From: Isurus oxyrinchus
Lineage: Eukaryota
Direction: 5' to 3'
Assembly: GCA_026770705.1 (NCBI GenBank)
Contig: JANJGN010000152.1
Location: 62,001 to 126,000 of the forward strand
DNA: 64,000 bases
Shown in pieces: positions 12,726 through 27,369 of the stretch. The notes below the pieces were generated by a model. The model ran no database searches. It was not told where the DNA came from and saw only the letters and a list, made by a program, of their open reading frames with translations. How positions within the stretch are numbered: position 1 is the stretch's first letter; each line of letters begins with the position of its first letter. The position numbers and the translations under genes were made by a program.

Positions 12726-13974
12726 TATAATCCATTTCATTAGATCAATTTAGTTTGAAGTGTATGAACCGGGCTGAGAAAATATATTGGCTAGACATTG
12801 ACTTCATGTTGTGGAGTAAAGACAGTGACCCATGGTGGAGAGACAAGACAAAGTACCAGAGAGGAGAAAGAGACAGAGAGAGAGGATACAGGACATCCCT
12901 ACAAACACATTTGCCATGACATTATATTTCATGATAAGTGGGAATCTTACTTAATTCTGAACAGAGATATCATCGTGACATAATTCTCATTTAACTGATT
13001 TTAAAAATGCCCAAAAAACAATTGCTACTGAAATCGGTTGATGTATTTGCATGTTTGACTCTATTTTTGTGCTATGTTGATGGGGAAATATTTACTGTGC
13101 TTTTGTGTCTCCGGAATCTAATCTGGGACTTCTATTTCTGTGTTTATTTACATAAACGCCTCACTGATTTCAATTAAGTGTTCATGGCAGCAAAACCAGA
13201 TAAACACAGACACTTATTGATTGGTTTCAACTCAAAACAAGAGTTTATTTTAAGAATATTGACAGTTGGTATAAAATTAATAGAAACATTTTCAACATCC
13301 ATTAGAACAGATGTTATTTATTTCAAATAATTAAAAATACATTTAAATTAATAATTCAATTCTGAAAGTTCTATTGTCACAATCAATGATGAATATTTGA
13401 ACAGGCTGGGATTACACTCAATGTCAATTTGTTGGAAGATTTAACCGATTAAAAATGGACAATTTAAAATAGCAGCCACAGGACCGACCTATTCATATTA
13501 ATCTCAAAGTTTTCAACATATCACAACCAGCATTTTTAAATATTAACATTTAGGAAGAATTTACATTTATAGAACGCTGCTTACAACCCCATGAAATCCT
13601 AAAGCCCTTGAAATTCGCTGATGTACATTTGTTGAAGTTTAGTCACTGCTGTAATATTGGAAATCCATCCGGTGATTTGTGCACAGCAAGCTCCCACGAA
13701 TAGAGCTGCAAAAAATGATGAGATAATATGTGATTTTAGTTGAAGAATGAATACTGGACTAGCATAGTGGGGAGAACAGTCCTGCTCTATAGATTGGTAC
13801 CAAGGGAGATTTTGCACCTGTCATTGGCCTGAACGTTTGACCTGTTTTTCTCTCTATTGATGCCCACTGACCTGCTGAGTGGTTATATTTTGCCCTGCTT
13901 TAGATTTCCGGAACCCGCAGTATTTTGCAGTGTTTTAATTCGTTCTTGGGATATGGGCATCAATGATGAATTAA

Positions 13975-16900
13975 TTCTTGCACTTGGCCCTGTCTCAGTT
14001 TATTCTAGTCCAGACCATATATCAGGAATCACTGCACTAGACACTGTCTCAGTTTATATTAATTTAGACCCTGTATCATTAATTGCTGCAGTGGACCCTG
14101 TCTCAGTTTACATTAATCTAGACCCTGTGTCAGTCATCTCTGCACTGGACATTGTCTGAGTTTATGTTAATCTACACCCTGCATCAGTAACCACTGCACT
14201 AGGCCCTGTCTCAGTTTCTATTAATCTCGACCCTGAATTAGTAATGACTGCACTGGACATTGTCCGAATTTATATTGATCAGGACCATGTATCAGTAAAC
14301 ACAGCACTGGACCCTGTCTCAGTTTCTATTAATCTTGACCCTGTATTAGTAATGACTGCTCTAGGCCCTGATTCAGTTTATATTAGTCCAGACCTTCTAA
14401 CAGTAATCATTGGAAAGGACACTGCCTCAGTTTATATTGATCCTGATCCTGTATCATTAATTACTACACCTGTCTCAGTTTATATTGATCCTGATCCTGT
14501 ATCATTAATTCCTGCACTAGCCCCTGTCCTAGTTTATAATAATCTCGTCCCTGTGTCAGTAATCACAGCACCTGGCCCTGCCACAGTTTGTATTAATCTA
14601 GATTCTGTGTCAGTAATCACTGCACTAGACACTGTCTCACTTGATATTGATCTAGACCTGTATCAGTAATCAGTTTATACTATCACAGAATCACAGAATC
14701 ACACAGTGCAGAAGAGGCCCTTTGGCCCATCGAGTCTGCACAGACACGTGAAAAACACCTGACCTACCTGCCTAATCCCATTTATAGCACTTGGCCCATA
14801 GCCTTGAATGTTATGATGTGCCAAGTGCTCATCCAAGTACTTTTTAAAGGATGTAAGGCAACCCACCTCCACCACCCTACCAGGCAGCACATTCCAGACC
14901 ATCACCACCCTCTGGGTAAAAAAGGTTTTCCTCAAAATCCCCCTAAACCTCCTGCCCCTCACCTTGAACTTATGTCTCCTTGTGACTGACCCTTCAACTA
15001 TGGGCAACAGCTGCTCCCTATTCACTCTGTCCACACCCCTCATAATCTTGTACACCTCGATCAGGTCTCCCCTCAGTCTTCTCTGCTCCAATGAAAACAA
15101 CCCAACCTCTCTTTATAACTTAAATGTTTCATACCAGGCAACATCCTGGTGAATCTCCTCTGCACCCTCTCCAGTGCATCACATCCTTCCTATAATGTGG
15201 CGACCAGAACTGCATATGGTACTCAAGCTGTGACCTCACCAAGGTTCCATACAAGTCCAACATGGCCTTCCTACTTCTGTAATCTATGCCTCGATTGATA
15301 AAGGCAACTGTCTCATATGCCTTTTTCACCACCCCACTAAGATGCCCCTCCGCCTTCAGAGACCTATGGACACACACGCCAAGGTCCCTTTGTTCCTCAG
15401 AACTTCCTAGTGTCATCCCATTCATTGAATATTTCCTAGTCAAATTACTCCTTCAAAGATGTATCACCTCGTACTTTTCAGTGCTAAATTCCATCTGCCA
15501 CTTATCTGCCCATTTGACCATTCCATCTATATCTTCCTGTAGCCCAAAACACTCAACATCACTGTTAACCAACCGGCCAATCTCTGTATCCTCCGCAAAC
15601 TTACTAATCCTACCCCACATGTAGGCATCTACTTTCGTTTATATTAATAACAAATAATCGGGGACCCAGCACAGATCCCTGTGGTACTGGACCCTGGCTT
15701 CCAGTCACTAAAGCGTCTTTCTGTCATCACCCTCTGTCTCCTACAACTAATCCAATTTTAGAATTATATTCTTCCCTGCCTCAGTTTTTATCAATCTAGA
15801 CCCTGTATCTGTAATCACCGTACGAGACGTTGTCTTCCTTACATTACTTTAGAGCATCAGTAATCACTGCACTGTGCCCTGCCACAGTTTATATTGAGCT
15901 AGACCATGTATCAGTAGTCTCTGCACTAGATCTGTCTCAGAATATAATAATCTAGATCCTGTATCTGTATTCTCTGCACTTGAGGCTCTCTCAGTTTATA
16001 TTAATCTAGAACCTGTAACATTACTTACTGCACTAGGTCCTGTCTCAGTTTTTATCAATCAAGACCCTGGATCAGTAATCACTGCAATGGACATTGTCTC
16101 AGTTGACTTTGATCTAAACCCTGTATCAGTAATCATTGCAACAGACCCTGTCTCAGTTTATATTAATTTAGTCCCTGCAGCAGTCATCACTGCAAGATCT
16201 CCTGTCCCAACTGTATTTATCTAGGCCCTGTACCAGTGGACATTTCACCAGGCTCTGTCTCAATTTATGTTGATTCAGACCCTGCATCAGTAATTACTGC
16301 ACAAGAGCCTGTCTCAGTTTATATTAATCAAGACCCTGTTTCAGTAATCACTGCATTCGACCCTGTTCTGGTATTAATAATTTGCACCCTGAACCTAAAA
16401 GCACTGCACTGGACTGCTTCTCAGTTTATATTAATCTAAAGCCTGTACCTGTAATCACTGCACTAGGCCCTGTCCCATTTTATATGCATCCAACCCTGTA
16501 ACACAAATCTTGGCACCAGGCCTTGTCTCAGTTTATATCAATCTAGACCCTATACCAGTAATCACTACACTAGACGCAAGTCATTTTATATCAGTTTGGA
16601 CCTTATGCCAGTAATCACTGCACTTGACACTCTCTGAGTTTATATTAATCTCGGCCCGGTATCAGTAATCCCTGCACTATGTCCTGCCTGAGGTTTTCTT
16701 TTATCAATCTAGACCCTGTATCAGTTATCACTGCCTCATCCCAGTTATATTTATCTAGGCCCTATATCAATTAACACTTCACCAGGCCATTTCTCAGTTT
16801 ATGTTAGTCCAGACCGTGTATCAGTAATTACTGTACAAGGGTCTGTCTCAGTTTATATTAATCAAGCCCCTTTTTCAGTAATCACTGCACTCGTCCCTGT

Positions 16901-19900
16901 TCTGGTTATAATAAACTGCACACTGAATCTATAATCACTGCACTTGGCCCTCTCTCAGTTTCTATTAACCTAGACCTTGTATCAGTAATCACTGCAGTAG
17001 GCCCTGCCTCAGTTCATATTTATCTTGGCCCTGTATCAGTAATGACTGCATTAGACATTGTCTGAGTTTGTATTGATTGAGACCCTGTATCAATAATTAC
17101 TGCACAAGAACCTGTCTCAGTTTATATTAAGCTAGATCCTGTGCTTGTAATCACTACACTAGAACATGCCTCAGTTTACATTAATCTGGATCCTGTATCA
17201 GTAATCACTGCACTCAGCATTGTCTGAGTTATGCTGATTGAGACACTGTATTAATAAACACTGTGCTAGACCCTGTCTCAGTTTATATTAATCTAGATCC
17301 TGTATCAGTCATCACTGCACTATGGCCTGCCTCAGTTTAAATTAGTCCAGACCATCTATCAGTAATAATTGCAATAAGCCCCGTCTCAGGTTATATTAAT
17401 CTAGACCTTGTATCAGTAATGACTGCACAAGGCCCTGTCTCACTTTATATTAATCCAGACCCGTATCAGTAATCACTGCACCTGGACCTATCTCAGTTTA
17501 TATTGATCGGGACACTGTATCAGTAATTACAGCAATATGGCCTACCTCAGTCTATATCAATTTAGACCCTCTATCCGTATTCAGTGCACTTGGCCCTCTC
17601 TCTGTTTCTATTAATCTAGACCCTGTATCAATTATCACTGCATGAGGCCCTGCCTCAGTTTATATTAATCTAGCTCTGCATCAGTAATCGCTGCACAGGA
17701 CATTGTCTAAGTTCATATTGATTGAGACCATGTGTCAGTAATCAATGCACTCGGCCCTGCCGCAGTTTATATTAAGCTAGATGCTGTGCAATATGCCAGG
17801 CGTCATTTTGTTTATCAATCGAGACCCTGTATCAGTAATCACTGCACTAGACCTATCTCAGTTTACATTAATTTAGTCCCTGCAGCAGTAATCACTGCCC
17901 GAGCCCCTGTCCCAGTTATATTTATCTGGGCCCTGTGTCAGTGAACACTGCACCAGGCCCTGTCTCAGGTTATGTTAGTTTAGACCGTGTATCAGTAATT
18001 ACTGTACAAGTGCCTGTCTCAGTTTATATTAATCAAGGCCCTGTTTCAGAAATCACTGCACTTGTCCCTGTTCTGGTTATAATAATCTGCACCCTGAATC
18101 TATAATCATTGCACTGGGCCCTCACTCAGTTTCTATTAACCCATACCCTGTACCAGTAATCACTGCAATATGCCCTGCCTCAGTTTATGTCAATCTCATC
18201 CCTCTATCAGCAATTACTGCAATTTTCCCTACTTTAGTTTATATCAATCTAGACCCTAAATCAGTAATCGCTGCACTAGGCCATGCCTCAGTTCATATTA
18301 ATCGAGACCATGTATCAGTAATCACTGCACTAATCACTATCTCAGTTTTATTTTTATCAAGACCTAGGATCAGTAATCACTGCCCTAGACACTGTCTCAT
18401 TTTATACTGATGTACACCCCGTAACTGTAATCGCTTCAATGGACACTGTTTCAGTTTATATTGACCCTGATCCTGTATCATTAATCACTGCACTATCCCC
18501 TGTCCTAGTTTATGTTAATCTAGTCCCTGTGACAGTAATCACTGCAATATGGCTTGCCTCAGTTCATATTAATCTAGACCCTAAATTAGTAACTGCTGCA
18601 CTGCGCCCTGACTCAGTTCATATTAATTTAGGCCATGCATCAGTAATCAGTGCAATGGACACTGTCTCAGTTTATATTGATATTGATCCTGTATCATTAA
18701 TCAATGCACTAGCCTCTGTCCTAGTTTATATTCACCTCGACCCTGCATCAGTAATCACTGCACTATGCCCTGCCTCCATTTTTATCATCTAGACCCTGTA
18801 TTAGTAATCAGTGCACTAGTCTCATTTTACATTAATCTAGACCCTGTATCAATAATCACTGCACTGGCCACTGTCTCAGTTTATATTGATCCAGACCCTG
18901 TATCAGTAATCCTGGCATTAGAGCCTGTCTCATTTTATATAAATCAAACCCTGTATAATAATCAGTGCAATGAGCACCCTCACTTTATATTGTTCTAGAT
19001 CCCGTATCGGTAATCACTGCACTAGCCGCTGTCCTCGATTTTATTTATCTTGGCCCTGCAACACTAGTCACTGTACTATGGCCTGCCTTAGTTTATATCA
19101 ATCCAGGTCCTTTATCAGTAATAACTTCGCTGGACCTTGTCTCCATTTATATGAGTCCAGACCCTGTGCCAGTAATCACTGCACTGGCCCTTATCCCAAT
19201 ATATATTTATGTCAACCGTCTCTGTTTATACTGATCTGGACGCTGTGCCAGTAATCACTGCACTAGACCCAACATCAGTTTATATCAATCCATATCCTGG
19301 ATCAGTAATCACTGCACTAGTCCCTGTCTCTGTTTATATTGATCTGGATGCTGTGCCAGTAATCACTGCACTAGACCCAGAATCGGTTTATATCAATCCA
19401 TATCCTGTATCAGTATTCACTGCACTAGACCTTATCTCAGTTTAAATGAGTCCAGAACCTGTATCAGTAATGACAGATCTAGAGAATGCCTCCATCTATT
19501 TTAGTCCAGACACTGTAACAGTAATCACTGTTCTAGCCCCTGTCCCAGTTTATACTTGTCTAGACCATGGATCAGTAATCACTGCACAATGCCCTGTCTC
19601 AGTTTCTGTCAAGCTAGAGCCTGTATCAGGAATCACTGCACTAGACCCCATCTCAGTTTATATTAATCAAGACCCCGTGTCAGTAATCACTCCACTGGAC
19701 ACTGCCTCAATTTATATTGATCTAGACCATGTATCAGTAATCACTGCACTAGACCCTGTCTCAGTTTATATTAGCCCTAGAGCCTTGTTCAGTAATTACT
19801 GCAATATGGCCTGCCTCAGTTCATATTAATTTAGGCCATGTATCAGTAATTACTTCAATGGACACTGTCTCAGTTTATATTGACCCTGATCCTGTATCAT

Positions 19901-22900
19901 TAATCAATGCACTACCCTCTGTCCTGCATTATATTTACCTTGGCCCTGCATCAGTAATCACTGCACTAGGCTCTGTCTCAGTTTACATTAATCTAGACCT
20001 TGTATCAGTAATCACTGCACTATACCCTGCCTCTGTTTTTATCATCTAGACCCTGTATCAGTAATCATCACACTAGGGTCTGTCTCAGTTTATATTAATC
20101 TAGACCCTGTATCAGTAATCACTGCACTGGACACTGTCTCAGTTTATATTGATCTAGATCATGTAGCAGTAATCACTGCACTAGACCCTGTCTCAGTTTA
20201 TATTAGCCCTAGAGCCTTGTTCAGTAATTACTGCAATATGGCCCGCCTCAGTTCATATTAATTTAGGCCATGTATCAGTAATTACTTCAATGGACACTGT
20301 CTCAGTTTATATTGACCCTGATCCTGTATCATTGATCAATGCACTAGCCTCTGTCCTGCTTTATATTTACCTTGGGCCTGCATCAGTAATCACTGCACTA
20401 GGCTCTGTCTCATTTTATATTAATCTAGACTCTGTATCAGTAATCATCACACTAGGCTCTGTTTCAATTTATGTTAATCTAGACCCCGTATCGGTAATCA
20501 CTGCACTGGACACTGTCTCAGTTTATATTGATCCAGCCCCTGTATCAGAAATCACTGCACTAGGCTCTGTCTCAGTTTACATTAATCTAGACCCTGTATC
20601 AGTAATCACTACACTATGCCCTGCCTCTGTTTTTATCGTCCAGACCCTGTATCAGTAATCATCACACTAGGCTCTGTCTCAGTTTATGTTAATCTAGACC
20701 CTGTTTCAGTAATCACGGCACTGGACACTGTCTCAGTTTCTATTGATCCAGACCCTGTATCAGCAATCACTGCAGTAGGCCCAGTCTCAGTTTATATTTG
20801 TCTCGGCCCTGTATCAATAATCTCTGCACTGGACATTGTCTGAGTTTATATTAATCTTGACCCTACTTCAGTTTTCATTGCACTGGACCCTGTCTCAGAT
20901 TCTATTGAACTAGACCCTGTATTAGTAATGACTGCACTGGACATTGTCTGAGTTTATATTGATCAGGACCATGTATCAGTAAACACTGCACTAGAACCTG
21001 TCTCAATTTCTATTAATCTAGCCATCTATGTCGTTTATATAAATGACAAATAATAGGGGACCCAGCACAGATCCCTGTGCTACGCCACTGGACACTGGCT
21101 TCTAGTAACTAAAGCATCCTTCTGTCATCATCCTCTGTCTCCTACAACAAAGCCAATCTTTGAATTATATTCTGCCCTGTCTCAGTTTTTATCAATCTAG
21201 ACCCTGTATCAGTAATCACCATACTAGGCCTTGTCTCAGTTTACATTAATTTAGAGCCTGCATCAGTAATCACTGCACTGTGCCCTCCGCAGTTTATATT
21301 AATCAAGACCCCGTGTCAGTAATCACTGCACTGGATACTGCCTCAATTTATATTGAGCTAGGCCATGTATCAGTCATCTCTACACTAGACCTGTCTCAAA
21401 TTATATTAATCTAGACCCTATATCTGTAATCTCTGTACTTGAGGCTCTCTCAGTTGATTTTAATCTAGCCCCTGTAACATTAATCGCTGCACTAGGCCCT
21501 GTCTCAGTTTTTATTAATCAAGACCTGTATCAGTATTCACTGCAGTAGAAACTGTCTCAGTTGATATTGATCTAGACCCTGTCTCAGTTTGTATTGATCC
21601 TGGTCCCACATCTGTTATCTCTGCACGAGACTCTGTCTCACTTTACATTAGCCCAGTCCCTCTATCAGTAATCACTGCACTAGATCCAGTCTCAGTTTAT
21701 ATTAATTTAGTCACTGCAACAGTAATCACTGCAAGAGCTCCTGTCGCAGTTATATTTATCTGGGCCCTGTATCAGTGAACACTTCACCAGGCCATGTCTC
21801 AGTTTATGTTGGTTCAGACCCTGTGTCAGTAATCACTGCACAAGTGCCTGTCTCAGTTTATATTAATCAAGACCCTGTTTCAGTAATCATTGCACCCGAC
21901 CCTGTTCTAGTAATAATAATTTGTACCCTGAACCTAGAAGCACTGCACTGGACTGTTTCTCAGTTTCAATTAATCTGGACCCTGTACCTGTAATCACTGC
22001 ACTGGACACTGTCCCATTTTTCTGCACCCAATCCTGTAACACAAATCATGGCACTCGGCCTTGTCTCAGTTTATATCAATCTAGGCCCTGTATCAGTAAT
22101 CACTGCATTAGATCCTACGTTTTTATAAGAATTTGGACCCTATATCAGCAATCACTGCACTTGAGCCTCTCTGACTGTATATTAATCTCGGCCCAGTATC
22201 AGTAATCCCTGCACCATGCCCTGCCTCAGCTTTTTTTTATGAATCTGGACCCTGTTTCAGTTATCTCTGCACTAGGCCCCATCTCATTATCTATATTAAC
22301 CTAGACCCTGTATCAGTAATCACTGCCCGAGTCCCTGTGCCAGTTATATTTATCTAGGCCCTGTATCAATGAACACTGCACCAGGCCCTGTCTCAGTTTA
22401 TGTTAGTTCAGACCATGGATCAGTAATTACTGCACAAGAGCCTGTCTCAGTTTATATTAATCAAGACACTGTTTCAGTAATCACTGAACTCGTCCCTGTT
22501 CTGGTTATTATAATCTGCACCCTGACTCTATAATCACTGCACTTGGCCCTCTCTCAGTTCCTGTTAACCTAGACCCTGTATCAGTAATCACTGCAGTAGG
22601 CCCTGCCTCAATTTATATTTATCTCATCCCTGTATCAGTAATCACTGCCTTGGGCATTGTCTGAGTTTATATTGATTGAGACCCTGTATCAGTAATTACT
22701 GCACAAGAACCTGTCTCAGTTTATATTAAGCTAGATCCTGTGCCTGTAATCACTGCACTAGAACATGCCTCAGTTTTTATAAATCTAGATCCTGTATCAG
22801 TAATCAGTGCACTCGGCATTGTCTGAGTTTATATTGATTGAGATCCTGTATCAGTAAACACTGGACTAGACCCTGTTTCAGTTTATATTAATTTAGTTCC

Positions 22901-25392
22901 TGTATCAGTAATGACTGCACTTGGCCCTGTCTCAGTTTATATTAATCCAGGCCCTGTATCAGTAATCGCGGCACTTGGACCTATCTCAGTTTTTATTGAT
23001 CTGGACACTGTATCAGTTATCAGTGCACTAGACCTTGCCTCAGTTTATATTAATCTAGGCTCTGTGTCAGTAATCACTGCACTGGACATTGACTGAGTTA
23101 ATATTGATTGAAACCATGTGTCAGTAATCACTGCACTGGGCTCTGTCTCAGTTTATATTGATCCTGATTCTGTATCGGTAAGCATCACACCAGACCATGT
23201 CTCAATCTAGATTAATCTCGACCCTGTATCAGTAATCCCTGCAATATGCCCTGCCTCAGTTTTTATCATTCTCCACCCTGCATCTGTAATCACTGTACTA
23301 GGCCCGGTCTCAGGTTATATTAATCTACACCCAGTGTCAATCATCAATGCATTAGACCCTGCATCAGTTTCTATTGATCTCGACTTTGCATCAGTTTTTT
23401 CTGCACTAAGGCCTGTCTCAGTTTATATTTATCTGGACCCAGTATTAGTAATCACTGACTATGGTCTGCCTCAGTTTATATCAGCCTAGACCCTGTATCT
23501 GTAATCACTGCACTTCGCAGTGTCTCAGTTTTCACTAATCAAGACCGTGCATCAGCAATCACTGCAATGAACACTGTCTCCATATATATTGCTCTCGGCT
23601 CTGTATCACTGCAATATGCACTCCCTCAGTTTATATCAAATAGATCATGTGTCAGTAATCACTGCACGAGACCCTGTCACAGTTTATATTAACATAGAGC
23701 CTGCATTTGTCATCACTGCACAATGCCCTGCCTCAGTTTATATCAGTCAAGACCCTGTATCAGTAATCTCTGCACTAGGCCCTGTCTCCATTGATATTGA
23801 TCTAGATCTTGTATCAGTAATCACTACAAAGGACACTGTCTCAGTTTATATTGATCATGATCCCGTATCATTAATCACTGCACTAGCCCTTGTCCTGGCT
23901 TATATTTATCTAGGTCCTGTCTCAGTTTATATTAATCTGTACCCTGTATCAGCAATCACTGCACTATGCCCTGCCTCAGTTTTTTAAAATCAGTCTAGAC
24001 CCTGTATCAATAATCACTGCACTAGGCCCTATCAAAGTTTATATTAATTTAGCCTCTGCAGCAGTAATCACTGCCCGAGCCCCTGTCCCAGTTATATTTA
24101 TCTGGGTCCTGTGTCAGTGAACAGTGCACCAGGCCTTGTCTCAGGTTATGTTAGTTCAGACCGTGTATCAGTGATTACCGTACAAGAGCCTGGTTCAGTT
24201 TATATTAATCAAGGCCCTGTTTCAGTAATCACTGCACTTGTCCCTGTTCTGGTTATAATAATCTGCACCATGAATCTATAATCATTGTACTTTGCCCTCT
24301 CTCATTTTCTATTAACCTGAACCCTGCATCAGTAATCAATTCAATATGCCCTGTCTTAGTTTATATCAATCTTGACCCTAAATCAGTAATCGCTGCACTA
24401 GGCTGTGCCTCAGTTCATATTAATCTAGACCATGTACCAGTAATCACTGCACTTGCACTAGACAGGATCTTATTTTTATATTTATCAAGATATTGGATCA
24501 GTAATCACTGCACTAGACACTGCCTCATGTTATATTAATCCAGACCCTGTATCATTAATCGCTGTACTAGCCCCTGACCTAGTTTATATTGCTCTCCTCC
24601 CTGTGTCAGTAATCACTGCACTAGGCCCTGCCTCACTTTATTTCAACCTAGACCATCTATCAGTAATCACTGCATAAGGCTCTGTCTCACTTTATAGCAA
24701 CCTAGATCCTGAATTAGTAATCACTGCACTATGGCTTGCCTCAGTTCATATTACTCTGTCCCTAAATCAGTAATCGCTGCACTAGGCCCTGCCTCAGTTC
24801 ATATTAATTTAGGCCATGTATCAGTAATCACTGCAATGGACATTGCCTCAGTTTATACTGACCCTGATCCTGTATCATTAATCACTGCACTAGCCTCTGT
24901 CCTATTTTATATTCACCTCGGCCCTGTATCAGTAATCTCTGCACTATGCACTGCCTCAGTTTTTATCATCTGGACCCTGTATCAGTCATCACTGCACTCA
25001 GCTCTGTCTCAGTTTATATTGATTCAGACACTGTATCAGTAATCTTTGCACTAGCCACTGTCCTCATTTTTATTTATCTAGGCCCTGCATCAGTAATCAA
25101 TACATAGGGCATTGTCTGAATTTATATTGATCAAGATCCTGTATCAATAAACACTGTCCCAGTTTATATTAATCTAAATTCTGTGTCTGTGATCAGTGCA
25201 CTTGAGCATATCTCAGTTCATATTAATCTAGATCCTGTATCAGTTATCACTGCACGTGAGCCTGTCTCAGTTTACATTAATCTAGATACTGTATCAGTAA
25301 GCAATACACTAGGCCCTGTCTCAGTTCATGCTAATCTAGACCCTCCATTAGTAATCACTGCACTAGGCACTGTCTCAGTTTATATCAATCTG
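13975..25392 (+). repeat. Large satellite array, 54-bp dimer of two 27-bp monomers, with higher-order duplications
   Basis: CTAGACCCTGTATCAGTAATCACTGCA alternates with CTAGGCCCTGTCTCAGTTTATATTAAT, producing 9-aa periodic pseudo-ORFs (LDPVSVITA / LGPVSVYIN). The array resumes at ~26695-27370. Confidence 0.97.
14686..15760 (-). mobile_element. CR1 LINE 3' portion inserted in the satellite
   Basis: ORFs FSLEQRRLRGDLIEVYKIMRG and EEQRDLGVCVHRSLK..LYGTLVRSQLEY; (CACAGAAT)n tail at the left end. Confidence 0.9.
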
Positions 25393-26690
25393 GATAAAAG
25401 CAAAATAGTGCGGATGCTGGAAATCTGAAAGAATAGCATAAAATGCTGGGACATCACAGCAGGTCTGACAGCACCTGTGGTAAGAGAAGCAGAGCTAACT
25501 TTCTGAGATCATATGATTTTTCTCAGAGCTAAAGAGAAGTCAAAATGTGATGACATTTGTTGTTTAAGCGGGGTGGAGCAGGTCAAGCTGGATAGAAGAC
25601 AAGCAATAGGTAGGAGTAAGGTGACACTGTCAAACATATCATAGGCAAACAGAAAAAGGGAGTGTTAATGGCAGTAGTAATGCTAAAGTAGGTGCTAATA
25701 GAGTCATAACGGTTAGAAAGCAGAATGTGTTAACAGCAGAGCCAGAATCAACACACTGTGAAAGAACAACTTGGGACAAGTAACTGTTGGCCCTTTTGGG
25801 GGTGTGGTAGGGGTGATTAGGGAAAAATGGTATAAAAAGGAACGTAAAAGGGGATAAAAAAGGGTAAAACAATGAATAAATGAATAAAGCTGTATCGTTC
25901 ATAATCGGAAGATGAGTTTCTGTTCCTCCAGTTTGCATTGGGCTTCACTGGGGCAATGCAGCAGGTCAAAGAGGGACATGTGGGTATCAGAGCAGGATGG
26001 TGTGTTGAAATTGCAAGCGACAGGAAGGTCTAGGTCATGCTTGTAGATAGACTGAAGGTGTTCCACAAAGCGGCCTGCCAGTCTGTGTTTGGTGTCCCCA
26101 ATCTCGAGGAGACTGCATTGGGAGCATCGAATGCAGTCGACCAAATTGAAGGAGATACAATGAAGCAGTGCTTCACCTGAGTGTTTAGGCCCTTGGATGG
26201 TGAGGATGGAGGAGGTAAAGGGGCAGGTGTTGCATCTTCTCTGATTGCTTGGGAAGGTGCCATGGGAAGGGATGAGGTGTTGCGGATGATGGAGGAGTGG
26301 ACCAGGGTGTCTCGGAGGGAACAGTCCCTGTGGAATGCTGACAGGGGTGGGGGTGGAGTGGTGAGGGGAAGGTATGTTTGGTGGTGGTATCATGTTGGGG
26401 TTAGTGGAAAAGGCGGAGGATGATACTTTGAATGCTGAGGTGGTGGGATGAAACGTGAGTAAAAGGAGGACTTTATCATGATTCTGGGAGAGAGGGGAAT
26501 GTGTGAAAGCAGAGATGTGGGAGATGGGTCGGACACAGTTGATGGCCCTGTCAACCACAGTGGGTGGGTAACCTTGGTTAAGGAAGAAGGAAGGCGTGTC
26601 AGAAGCATCATTTTGGACTGTGGCATCATCGGAACAGATGTGAAGGAGGTGAACGAACTAAGAGAATGGAATGGCGTTTTTCTAGCATTT
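25393..26690 (-). mobile_element. Penelope-like element, GIY-YIG endonuclease remnant and terminal repeat
   Basis: ORF 25899..26558 has RCNTCPF..IQGPK..CISFNLVDCIRCSQCSLLEIGDTKHRLAGRFVEHL, a decayed (I/V)YC..YIGET..RF.EH GIY-YIG motif. Confidence 0.85.
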
Positions 26691-27369
26691 TCTGTTTTTA
26701 TATCAACCTAGACCCTGTATTAGTAATTACTGCACATAACACTTCCGCCGTTGGCATTAACCTCAGCCCTGTATAAGTAATTACTACACTAGGCCCTGTC
26801 TCAGTTTATATCAATCTAAATCCTGTATCAGTAATCACTGCACTAGGCCCTGTCTCAGCCTATAATAATCCAGGCCCTGTATCAGGAATCACTGCACTAG
26901 ACACTGCCTCAGCTTATGTCATTCGAGGCCCTGTTTTAATAATTCCTATACATCCTCTGTTCAATTTATTTTACGTCCTCATTTGTAACTGTAAACGCTA
27001 GATTACACTTTGCTTAGGTTATTGTTGTACAGGTGAACGTCACTGTTAATAGTACAATGGGCCTTATCTTGTTTATTATTGCAGCCGTCCATATCTCTAC
27101 TTGTGTTGCAATTGGTCCTTTCCCAGTTATCACTGCACCTGACGCTGCTGCTGTTTATATCATGCATATCATGCGCCAGTTATTACTGCATTAGGCCGTG
27201 CTTCTGTGCACACTCCAATTAACCCTTATCCAGTTCGCACTGTAGTACAACCATGTTTTAATTTATATTTCACTGCAAATTGTGTTTTGTTGTTTTACAC
27301 TGAACCATGCTTCAGTTATCACTGCCCTTGACCTGCTGAACTTGTCTCACTGATGACTGTACTGGACCA

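Noticed and set aside
13857-25428. Many ORFs with LDPVSVITA/LGPVSVYIN periodicity resembling a repeat protein
   Set aside because: They result from a 27-bp (9-codon) satellite monomer, with frequent stops and frameshifts and no splice or promoter support.
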